A DNA stretch of 29,995 bases from Longimicrobiales bacterium (GTDB lineage: Bacteria > Gemmatimonadota > Gemmatimonadetes > Longimicrobiales > Gaopeijiaceae), in NCBI GenBank assembly GCA_965197725.1, contig CBDANQ010000010.1, forward strand, positions 1 through 29,995, given 5' to 3'. Each line of letters starts with the position of its first letter. The stretch's first letter is position 1. Below, one piece after another: positions 1-6,783 of the stretch. A model generated the notes under the pieces. That model ran no database searches. It saw nothing but the letters and a program-made list of their open reading frames with translations, and was not told where the DNA came from. The translations under genes were made by a program, and so were the position numbers.

Positions 1-1
1 C

Positions 2-445
2 TTCGAAGAGGTCGTCGTCGCCGGCGCCGATGCGAAGAGCGCATCGAACTGGGTCATGGGCGCGCTTCAGGCGATCATGAAAGAGCGTGGCGATGACGGC
101 CGCACGGTGCCCGTTCGGCCCGCGTCGCTCGCCCAGCTCATCGGGCTGGTGAAAGACGGCACGGTCTCCGATTCTGCCGCGAAGAAGGTGCTGGGCTTCA
201 TGGCCGAGGAAGGTGGTGAAGCGATCCAGATCGTCGAGGCCAAGGGGCTGTTGCAGGTGCGTGACTCCGGTCGACTCGCCGAATGGGTGGAATCGGTCGT
301 GGAGGACAGTCCCGACGAGGTGGCACGGTACCGGAACGGCGAGACCAAGGTGCTGGGATTCCTGGTCGGCCAGGTCATGCGCCGGTCCCAGGGCCAGGCC
401 GACCCACGACGCGTGAACGAGCTGCTGGTCGAACGGCTCGGCTAG
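2..445 (+). CDS. gatB: Asp-tRNA(Asn)/Glu-tRNA(Gln) amidotransferase subunit B, C-terminal part (5' end outside window)
   Basis: Frame +2 is open from the window edge (FEEVVVAGADAKSASNWVMG...). It ends in the GatB/YqeY tail YRNGETKVLGFLVGQVMRRSQGQADPRRVNELL. Confidence 0.93.
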   Translation, partial: FEEVVVAGADAKSASNWVMGALQAIMKERGDDGRTVPVRPASLAQLIGLVKDGTVSDSAAKKVLGFMAEEGGEAIQIVEAKGLLQVRDSGRLAEWVESVVEDSPDEVARYRNGETKVLGFLVGQVMRRSQGQADPRRVNELLVERLG

Positions 446-1383
446 TCCTTTAGGGACTGAGATCGGCGCGCACTCGCCCCGGCTGCGAAGGCGGGGTCGC
501 TGACCTCGGGCCAAAATCGAAGCGAGCCGTCCGGAAACGGAAAAAAGGCGTCCGCCATCTCCCTCAGCACTTCAGGCTGGTCTACCGTGTGGTCCGATAG
601 CGCGCGTCGGCGCACCTTCTTGGCCAGCTTGAGATTGAGCTCCCCAACCGGGTCCAGCTGGGCGGCATCCGAGTCGGCCCGGGTATTCAGGTAGTCGACC
701 ACCTGGTCGAAGGCGAGCTCGAAGTACCGATCGACCACCGGGTCGGAAAGATCGAAGCGCGAATTCGCGACTACCTGTTCGAAGATCCGGTGCCATCGTT
801 CATCGCCCGTGAGGCGAATCATGCCTCGGAAGATCCTGCGGTTTGCCTTGAAGCTGAAGATCGTGCGGCTCAGTACATCGTCCAAAAGCTCATCCGCGTC
901 GGAGTGGTCGTTCTCCACGACCAGCGCTCGGGCCTGCTCGAGGAAGTCATCGCCCACGTGAAGGTCCATCCTGTGTTCCCAGTACGCATGGCCGAGCGCC
1001 TGGGTCGTGCTGGTGAGCAAGAGTTGACGTGGCACGAAGACGTTGTGCGCGATCGTGTCGGCCGCGAGGTGGGCGAGGTATCCGTATCCGACCGCTCGAA
1101 GGCGTTCGGTATCGGCGGCATCGATAATCTCCTCGCCGATGGACCAATTGTGGCAATGCCGACCCTCCGGCACGTACTTCTTCGCGAACGAGATGTCCGC
1201 CGCGATCGAGCCGTAGAGGAAGTCGAGAGGATAACGTTCGAGCAGGCCTCGGATGGCCGGTGGGATCAGGTAGAGCGCGCCGAGTACCACCTGACCCAGC
1301 GCGACGTGCGTCGCGGGCCCCCAGGCGGCTGCCGGTTGGGGAACGAGGAATAACCAACCGAGCGCAACGAGGAGCGTGGCCAT
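442..1383 (-). CDS. Zinc-dependent phospholipase C / S1-P1 nuclease-like family protein with signal peptide
   Basis: A hydrophobic leader ending PAAA is followed by WGPATH, the W-x4-H mature N-terminus of this fold. Also present: GSIAAD, HCH, GYLAHLAADTIAH and HAYWE. Its stop overlaps the gatB stop (ctag 442-445). Confidence 0.8.
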   Translation of the reverse strand: MATLLVALGWLFLVPQPAAAWGPATHVALGQVVLGALYLIPPAIRGLLERYPLDFLYGSIAADISFAKKYVPEGRHCHNWSIGEEIIDAADTERLRAVGYGYLAHLAADTIAHNVFVPRQLLLTSTTQALGHAYWEHRMDLHVGDDFLEQARALVVENDHSDADELLDDVLSRTIFSFKANRRIFRGMIRLTGDERWHRIFEQVVANSRFDLSDPVVDRYFELAFDQVVDYLNTRADSDAAQLDPVGELNLKLAKKVRRRALSDHTVDQPEVLREMADAFFPFPDGSLRFWPEVSDPAFAAGASARRSQSLKD

Positions 1384-1397
1384 GGGGCCGATGAGGC

Positions 1398-1994
1398 TCA
1401 GCCCTCTCGCGTGGGCAGCGCCTCTGAGTCGTCGACGAGTTGTAGTGCCTCGTCGGCCGCGTCCGAGACGCCGTCCGTGTCGTCGGCCTCGCGCGAGACA
1501 CTGTCCGAGTGGTCGGCCTCGACCGAGGTGGTGGAGGCGCCACCGGCGATCGCTGCCGCACCCTCCCGAACGCCGCGCACGGTTGCCGCGGTATCGATGA
1601 ACATGCCCTCGGCCTCCTCCTGAACGACTTCCATGAGCGCGTTGAAGTCCTCGATACGCTCCTCCATATGGGCGGAAGCCTGGTTGAGTCGGTCGCTCAG
1701 CGCGCGCACCGACGTGTTCAGCCGCTCGACATCCGTGCGCAACGCCTGTGAAATGAACTCGACGTTGTCAGAGATGGCGCGCGCGCGGTCTGCGACGGGT
1801 CCGAGGTTCTGGCCCACCGCGTTTCGCACTCCATCCAACGTACGATTCATCTTGCGAGCGAGCGCCACCCCCGCGAACGCGATGACGACGATCGCCACTC
1901 CGACCACGATCGTCGCGATATCGGCAGCCATCGTGAGCCCGTCACCCGCTGCGACGGGGCTCTGAAGCGGTGTGAGCGTAAGAAGCGTTCTCAT
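1398..1994 (-). CDS. DUF948/YoxC-like membrane-anchored coiled-coil protein
   Basis: One TM helix (IATIVVGVAIVVIAFAGVAL), a long amphipathic coiled-coil and an acidic tail. It lies 14 nt upstream of the PLC-like gene. Confidence 0.65.
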   Translation of the reverse strand: MRTLLTLTPLQSPVAAGDGLTMAADIATIVVGVAIVVIAFAGVALARKMNRTLDGVRNAVGQNLGPVADRARAISDNVEFISQALRTDVERLNTSVRALSDRLNQASAHMEERIEDFNALMEVVQEEAEGMFIDTAATVRGVREGAAAIAGGASTTSVEADHSDSVSREADDTDGVSDAADEALQLVDDSEALPTREG

Positions 1995-2001
1995 GGCTGC
2001 T

Positions 2002-2007
2002 AGTCTA
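2002..2007 (-). promoter_or_regulatory. Candidate -10 element (TAGACT) for a leaderless transcript
   Basis: The minus strand reads TAGACT-agcagcc-ATG(1994): a TANNNT hexamer 7 nt before the start codon, with no Shine-Dalgarno. Confidence 0.35.
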
Positions 2008-2057
2008 ACCGCTCTTGGGTCGGAACGCTGCTAGACGTGCCTTGCTCGTGCCTGCCT

Positions 2058-2207
2058 TCATACGTGCTGATCGTCGATCGATTCGATGATCTGGATCACA
2101 GACGCATCGTCATCAGCCGCTTCGAGTTAGTCGATGAAGTCGTCGTGTCGGGCGAGGCGGCATATACGGGCTGGCAGCTTCACGTGCTCGCGTTCTCTGC
2201 CCGGTGA
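2058..2207 (-). pseudogene. C-terminal relic of a PTS EIIA (Ntr/fructose-type) domain gene
   Basis: A single minus frame reads SPGREREHVKLPARICRLARHDDFID*LEAADDDASVIQIIESIDDQHV*. This matches the EIIA C-terminal pattern H(L/V)KLLARI(S/C)RL...F...L..A. There is an internal TAA at 2127-2129 and no N-terminal half. Confidence 0.65.
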
Positions 2208-2406
2208 ACGCCCCCCTCCATGTCGTTCGCTCGCAGGCGTGAGACGACGAAATCCGCTCGAAGAATCTCTCATAGGCGCATGGCTGATCGATAGCAAAGC
2301 GAAGGAATGGGCGATGTTAGATCGGTCGGCGAGGCGGAGCAAGCTGCTCGGGCACGCATCCTGCACCAGTCATCGTGCGTCAAGAAGAGGAGGGCGCATG
2401 ACTCAG

Positions 2407-2436
2407 TTGCTGGTGCGTGGAGACGAGCGGTATCTT
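2407..2436 (+). promoter_or_regulatory. Candidate sigma70-type promoter for murA
   Basis: TTGCTG (2407-2412), 18 nt spacer, TATCTT (2431-2436), upstream of ATG 2479. Confidence 0.3.
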
Positions 2437-2478
2437 CGGGACCGCTCGAACCCACCACCACCCCGTTTCTCGGAGACC

Positions 2479-3768
2479 ATGGGGACTTTTGTGGTCGAAG
2501 GTGGGCACCGGCTCGAAGGCCGGATTCGCCCCGCCGGCAACAAGAACGCTGCGCTACCGTGCCTCGCCGCAACGGTGCTAGCGGCCGAACCGGTGACGCT
2601 CCACAACATCCCGCGGATTAGGGACGTGCTCACGTTTCTGGAGATCATCGAATCGCTCGGGGCGGAGGTTGGCTGGGATGGTGCGAACGATGTCACCGTA
2701 GACGCCTCTTCCGTGCACACGAACTCGGTGGATCGGGCACTCGCCGAGCGTATCCGCGCGTCGCTGCTGCTCGCCGGCCCGCTGCTGGCCCGATTTGGCC
2801 ACGTGGAGCTACCCCCTCCCGGGGGCGACGTGATCGGGCGGCGCAGGATGGACACCCACTTTCTGGCCTTCGAGGCACTGGGTGCCAAGGTGACCTTGAA
2901 CGGCGGCTTCAACATCGCCGCCGAGCGGCTCCTCGGGGCGGACATGTTTCTGGACGAGCCTTCCGTGACGGGTACCGAGAACGCGATCATGGCCGCAGTC
3001 CGCGCCGAAGGCCACACCCGAATTCGCAATGCGGCCACGGAGCCCCACGTCCAGGATCTCTGTCACCTGCTGAACTCGATGGGTGCGCGAATCAAGGGTG
3101 TCGGGACCCACATCCTCGAAATCGAAGGCGTGCGGTCTCTGCACGGTACGGAGTACACGATCGGCGCCGACCACATCGAGACGGGTTCGTTCATCGGCCT
3201 CGCGGCGGTGACCGGTAGCGACATCACGGTCGAAGGAGCGCCGCTCGAGCACCTCGACTCCACGCTGCTGGGTTTTCGGCGCCTCGGCATCGAATGCACT
3301 TTGGAGGGCACGGATCTTCATGTGCACGGGTCAGCGCGACATCAGGTGCGGCAGGACGCGTTTGGTCATGTCCCCAAGTTCGATGACGGCCCGTGGCCTG
3401 CGTTCCCCGCGGACCTCACCTCGATCGCGGTCGTGGTCGCAACGCAGTGTGAGGGCACGGTGCTCGTGCACGAGAAGATGTTCGAGTCGCGCATGTACTT
3501 CACCGACACACTGGTCGCGATGGGGGCGTCGATCATCCTGTGCGACCCTCATCGCGCGGTGATCGTCGGACCGACCCCGCTCCAGCCCGGGGTGGTCGAG
3601 AGTCCGGACATCCGCGCGGGAATGGCATTGCTCATCGCTGCCCTCGGAGCCCACGGGACCAGCAAGATCCGCAATATCCGGCAAATCGAACGTGGCTACG
3701 AGGCCATCGACGAACGGCTCGCCGGATTGGGCGCGCGCATCGAGCGCACTGACGAATCGTACGGTTGA
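2479..3768 (+). CDS. murA: UDP-N-acetylglucosamine 1-carboxyvinyltransferase
   Basis: Motifs GNKNAALP, RIRASLLLAGPLLAR, PSVTGTEN, PWPAFPADL, HEKMFESR, DIRAG and IERGYE. Start placed at ATG 2479 (GGAG upstream, followed by the canonical FVVEGG). An in-frame ATG at 2398 with AGGAGG is an alternative. Confidence 0.96.
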   Translation: MGTFVVEGGHRLEGRIRPAGNKNAALPCLAATVLAAEPVTLHNIPRIRDVLTFLEIIESLGAEVGWDGANDVTVDASSVHTNSVDRALAERIRASLLLAGPLLARFGHVELPPPGGDVIGRRRMDTHFLAFEALGAKVTLNGGFNIAAERLLGADMFLDEPSVTGTENAIMAAVRAEGHTRIRNAATEPHVQDLCHLLNSMGARIKGVGTHILEIEGVRSLHGTEYTIGADHIETGSFIGLAAVTGSDITVEGAPLEHLDSTLLGFRRLGIECTLEGTDLHVHGSARHQVRQDAFGHVPKFDDGPWPAFPADLTSIAVVVATQCEGTVLVHEKMFESRMYFTDTLVAMGASIILCDPHRAVIVGPTPLQPGVVESPDIRAGMALLIAALGAHGTSKIRNIRQIERGYEAIDERLAGLGARIERTDESYG

Positions 3769-3841
3769 ATCGAGTGACGGCTGGACACCGAAGGGCGGGG
3801 CGCAGGGGCGGCAACTCACTGAGTAGAGCTGAGGACGCGCG

Positions 3842-4288
3842 ATGACCGAAGAAAAAAGGGGAGCGGAAGAAAAAAAGGGCGCGAAGGAGAAAGTCTCCGA
3901 CGGCATCAAGCAAGGCCTCGGGGTGCTTTCCGCGTTCAGGGATGCCTTGGAAGAGACGATCCAGGAGGCGAGGGAAAGGGGCGATCTTTCGACGGAGCGC
4001 GCGCGGGAGGTCATGAAGGAGGCGCTCGAGAAGGCGCAGTCCGCGGCCGAAGGGGCGAAGGAGCGGCTCGACTTCGTCACGCAGAAGGAATTCGACGGCC
4101 TCAGCGGTGCGGTCGATGTCATCAAGGAGCGGGTAAGCGCACTGGAAGGCCACCTCGGCTTCGGGCGAGGGGACGCTGAAGGCAGCGAAACAGCGGAGGC
4201 CGATGAGAACGCGCCGGACTCCGCCACGGTCGCAGGAGTCGACGACGGCGCCGAGCAAAGCGAGGATGCGGAGGGGGCGTCCGAATAG
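3842..4288 (+). CDS. Hypothetical helical protein, phasin/PhaF-like
   Basis: Pattern GLGVLSAFRDALEETIQEARERGDLS...LDFVTQKEFDGL...RVSALE resembles phasin-like/BMFP-like coiled-coils. It has an acidic tail and a GAGG RBS. Confidence 0.55.
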   Translation: MTEEKRGAEEKKGAKEKVSDGIKQGLGVLSAFRDALEETIQEARERGDLSTERAREVMKEALEKAQSAAEGAKERLDFVTQKEFDGLSGAVDVIKERVSALEGHLGFGRGDAEGSETAEADENAPDSATVAGVDDGAEQSEDAEGASE

Positions 4289-4328
4289 GAGTGTCTCGCG
4301 GCCCTCTGGCTGACCCGAAGCGCCGACC

Positions 4329-4357
4329 TTGAGCGCGTTTCGGGCCTTGTCTATGTT
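4329..4357 (+). promoter_or_regulatory. Sigma70-type promoter of the rimP-nusA-infB operon
   Basis: TTGAGC (4329-4334), 17 nt spacer, TATGTT (4352-4357). Confidence 0.6.
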
Positions 4358-4371
4358 GTAAGGCCGGATGG

Positions 4372-4394
4372 ACCGCCACCGGGCGGTTTTTTTT
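4372..4394 (+). terminator. Intrinsic terminator-like hairpin
   Basis: Stem ACCGCC (4372-4377) / GGCGGT (4382-4387), 4-nt loop, then a T run to 4394. Confidence 0.75.
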
Positions 4395-4399
4395 GGTGA

Positions 4400-4432
4400 A
4401 GTGGGGGAGGAGGTCGCCCCCTCTTTTTGTTC
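4400..4432 (+). promoter_or_regulatory. rimP-leader-like attenuator hairpin
   Basis: AGTGGGGG...CCCCCTCTTTTTGTT: a G5 (4403-4407) / C5 (4417-4421) stem followed by a U tract. It resembles the GGG..CCC-Un leaders reported upstream of rimP/ylxS. Confidence 0.55.
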
Positions 4433-4494
4433 GAGATGCATTTGGGGGTACGTCGCTCTTGCGGTGTACCCCTATTGAATTGGAGTGAGCGCCG

Positions 4495-4986
4495 ATGCGA
4501 GCCGTTGCCGATGTCGAGCAAGTTCTCGAGAGCGGGGTCGAAGGCCTCGGCTTTGAGCTCGTCGATGTTCGGTGGGGAGGAAGTGGTCGACGGCCGGTTC
4601 TGCGCGTTCGCATAGACCGTGTGGATTCGACTCCGGAGAACGGGGTCACCGTCGGGGACTGTGCCAAGGTGAGCCGAGCGATCGAGGCATGGTTGGATGA
4701 GCATGAGGCGCTCTCGGAGCGCTACGTGCTCGAGGTGTCCTCGCCGGGGGTCGAGCGTCCGCTGAATAAGGCGCGGGACTTTGATCGCTTCAGCGGTGAG
4801 AACGTGGTGATCAAGGGTCGCGAGGTTCTAGCGGGTCGGTCGCACCGACTCGAGGGGGAGCTGCTCGGGCTCGACGGTAGTGCGGGGGAGTCGGAGGCGA
4901 TTCGCTTGCGACTCGCCGACGGTGATGAGGTGGTCGTTCCGCGGTCGAAGATTCGGGACGCACACTTGGTCTTCACGTGGAAGTGA
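4495..4986 (+). CDS. rimP: Ribosome maturation factor RimP
   Basis: GFELVDV, LRVRIDR, VTVGDCAKVSR and YVLEVSSPGVERPL; directly upstream of nusA. Confidence 0.96.
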   Translation: MRAVADVEQVLESGVEGLGFELVDVRWGGSGRRPVLRVRIDRVDSTPENGVTVGDCAKVSRAIEAWLDEHEALSERYVLEVSSPGVERPLNKARDFDRFSGENVVIKGREVLAGRSHRLEGELLGLDGSAGESEAIRLRLADGDEVVVPRSKIRDAHLVFTWK

Positions 4987-4996
4987 GGGAGTCGAT

Positions 4997-6460
4997 ATGG
5001 CGAACGCGGCGGAGATCGTAGCGGCCTTTAGAGACGTGGCAGCTACCAAGAGCCTATCCGACGAAGAGATGACGGACTTGGTAAAGGACGGCATGCTCGC
5101 GGGGCTCGCGCGTATCTATGGAGCGACCGTGCAGGCCGAAATCGAAATCGACGACACCACCGGCGAGTTCGACATCGTGGTGTTACGCCGGGTGGTGGCC
5201 GAGGTCGAGGATCCGGCAAGCGAGATCGCGCTCGCGGAGGCCCGCTGGGACGACGAGGGCTTTGAGGTCGGCGACGTCATGGAAATCCCCGTCGACTTCA
5301 CCGAGTTCGGCCGAAACGCGGTCATGGCGGTGAAACAACGGATCGTCCAACGCGTCCGAGAAAACGAGCGTGACCGGATCCGCGACGAGTTCGAGGACGA
5401 AGTGGGTGAGCTGCTCTCCGGTGAGGTCCAGCAGACAGAGCGCGGAAAGCTCGTCGTCATGCTCAATCGCGCGCGCGACGCCGATGCGATCATCCCGTGG
5501 AAGGATCAAAATCCGCGCGAGCGGTTCCGCCAAGGCGACCCGATCCGAGCGGTACTCAAGAAGGTCGAGGAGACGCCGAGGGGCCCGCGACTCATTCTGT
5601 CCCGGGGGGACCCTCTCTTCGTCTCCGCGCTGTTCAAGCTCGAAGTCCCTGAGATCCACCAGGGCATCGTCGAGATCCGTGGAATCGCCCGCGAAGTGGG
5701 CGGCCGGACCAAGATCGCCGTTTATAGCCGCGACGAGTCGGTGGATCCGGTGGGCGCGTGCGTGGGACTCAAGGGCTCACGCGTCCAGGCTGTCGTTTCC
5801 GAGCTCGGGGGAGAGCGGATCGACATCGTGCCCTGGCATCCCGACACCGAGGTGTACGCCCGGCGGGCGCTGGCGCCAGCACGAGTCTCCAAGGTCCTCA
5901 GCGACACCGAACGCCAAGTGATCACGGCGATCGTGGGCGAGGATCAGCTCTCGCTCGCGATCGGTCGGAACGGACAGAACGTGCGGCTCGCGTCACAACT
6001 GATCGGATGGCAGATCGACCTCTATGGCTCGCGCGAATGGCTCGAACGCGGGACCGATCTCGCGCCCTTCAAGGCGAGCATGGAGGACGACTATGAGACT
6101 GCGGATTTCCCGCTCTCCGAGTTGGATTTGCAGGCGGCCACACTAGCGGCTCTATCGGCGGCTGGGTATGATACTTTTCTACAGGTCATCGACTTGGACC
6201 GCCGGGATTTCCTGGGGATCGAGGGTCTGGGGGAGGAGGACGCGGACCGTCTTCTTCTGCTCATCGACGAGTTGACAGTGATCGAAGGCGAGGCTGCTGA
6301 CGCGGACTCGTCGGATGACGCAGCTGCTGACGCGGACTCGTCGGATGACGCAGCCGCTGACGCAGGGCTGTCGGAGAAGGGTGACGCGGACGCGGAGGAC
6401 GACGCTGCCGACGCGGAGGTGACGGAGGAGGTCCCACTTGAAGGGGAAGTGGAGGCCTGA
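4997..6460 (+). CDS. nusA: Transcription termination/antitermination factor NusA
   Basis: FGRNAVMAVKQ, S1 domain, LEVPEI, AREVGGRTKIAV, DPVGACVGLKGSRVQAV and LSLAIGRNGQNVRLASQL. Start ATG 4997 follows GAGGGAG. Confidence 0.97.
   Translation: MANAAEIVAAFRDVAATKSLSDEEMTDLVKDGMLAGLARIYGATVQAEIEIDDTTGEFDIVVLRRVVAEVEDPASEIALAEARWDDEGFEVGDVMEIPVDFTEFGRNAVMAVKQRIVQRVRENERDRIRDEFEDEVGELLSGEVQQTERGKLVVMLNRARDADAIIPWKDQNPRERFRQGDPIRAVLKKVEETPRGPRLILSRGDPLFVSALFKLEVPEIHQGIVEIRGIAREVGGRTKIAVYSRDESVDPVGACVGLKGSRVQAVVSELGGERIDIVPWHPDTEVYARRALAPARVSKVLSDTERQVITAIVGEDQLSLAIGRNGQNVRLASQLIGWQIDLYGSREWLERGTDLAPFKASMEDDYETADFPLSELDLQAATLAALSAAGYDTFLQVIDLDRRDFLGIEGLGEEDADRLLLLIDELTVIEGEAADADSSDDAAADADSSDDAAADAGLSEKGDADAEDDAADAEVTEEVPLEGEVEA
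6293..6382 (+). repeat. 30-bp tandem repeat in the nusA 3' end (2 perfect copies plus 1 degenerate)
   Basis: gctgctgacgcggactcgtcggatgacgca at 6293-6322 and 6323-6352 (encodes AADADSSDDA), with a degenerate copy at 6353-6382. Confidence 0.92.
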
Positions 6461-6776
6461 GGTCTTCCGACTACTGGGCCTGGCCCGACGGGCCGGTGCA
6501 GTGGCTCCAGGTACGGATGCCACCCGCCGGGCGATCCGTCGAGGCGAGGCCCGGTTAGTGTTGATGGCAGGGGACGCTTCGGGCGTTCAGTTGGATAAAA
6601 TACGGAAGGAGTTGAGCAACCGGCCGATCCCTCAGGTCATCCTGGGGGATCGAGCCACATTGGGCGCTGCCATTGGGAAAGCTCCCCTGACGGCGGTAGC
6701 GGTGACGGATGAATCGCTCGCGGCACGGCTGCTTCAGGATCTGAACGATGTGGTCGCACGCGTAGTGGAGGAATAG
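6438..6776 (+). CDS. L7Ae/L30e family RNA-binding protein (YlxQ-like)
   Basis: LLGLARRAGAVAPG...ARLVLMAGDAS...LGAAIGK...VAVTDESLA, in the usual position between nusA and infB. The start (TTG) is uncertain. Confidence 0.9.
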   Translation: MKGKWRPEVFRLLGLARRAGAVAPGTDATRRAIRRGEARLVLMAGDASGVQLDKIRKELSNRPIPQVILGDRATLGAAIGKAPLTAVAVTDESLAARLLQDLNDVVARVVEE

Positions 6777-6783
6777 CGACAGA

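Noticed and set aside
2134..2397. Long N-terminal extension of MurA (544-aa ORF)
   Set aside because: It is not MurA-like and overlaps the opposite-strand EIIA relic. The canonical N-terminus starts at 2479.
6293..6382. 30-bp repeats as a mini CRISPR array
   Set aside because: The units are directly adjacent with no spacers and lie in frame within nusA. No cas genes are in the window.
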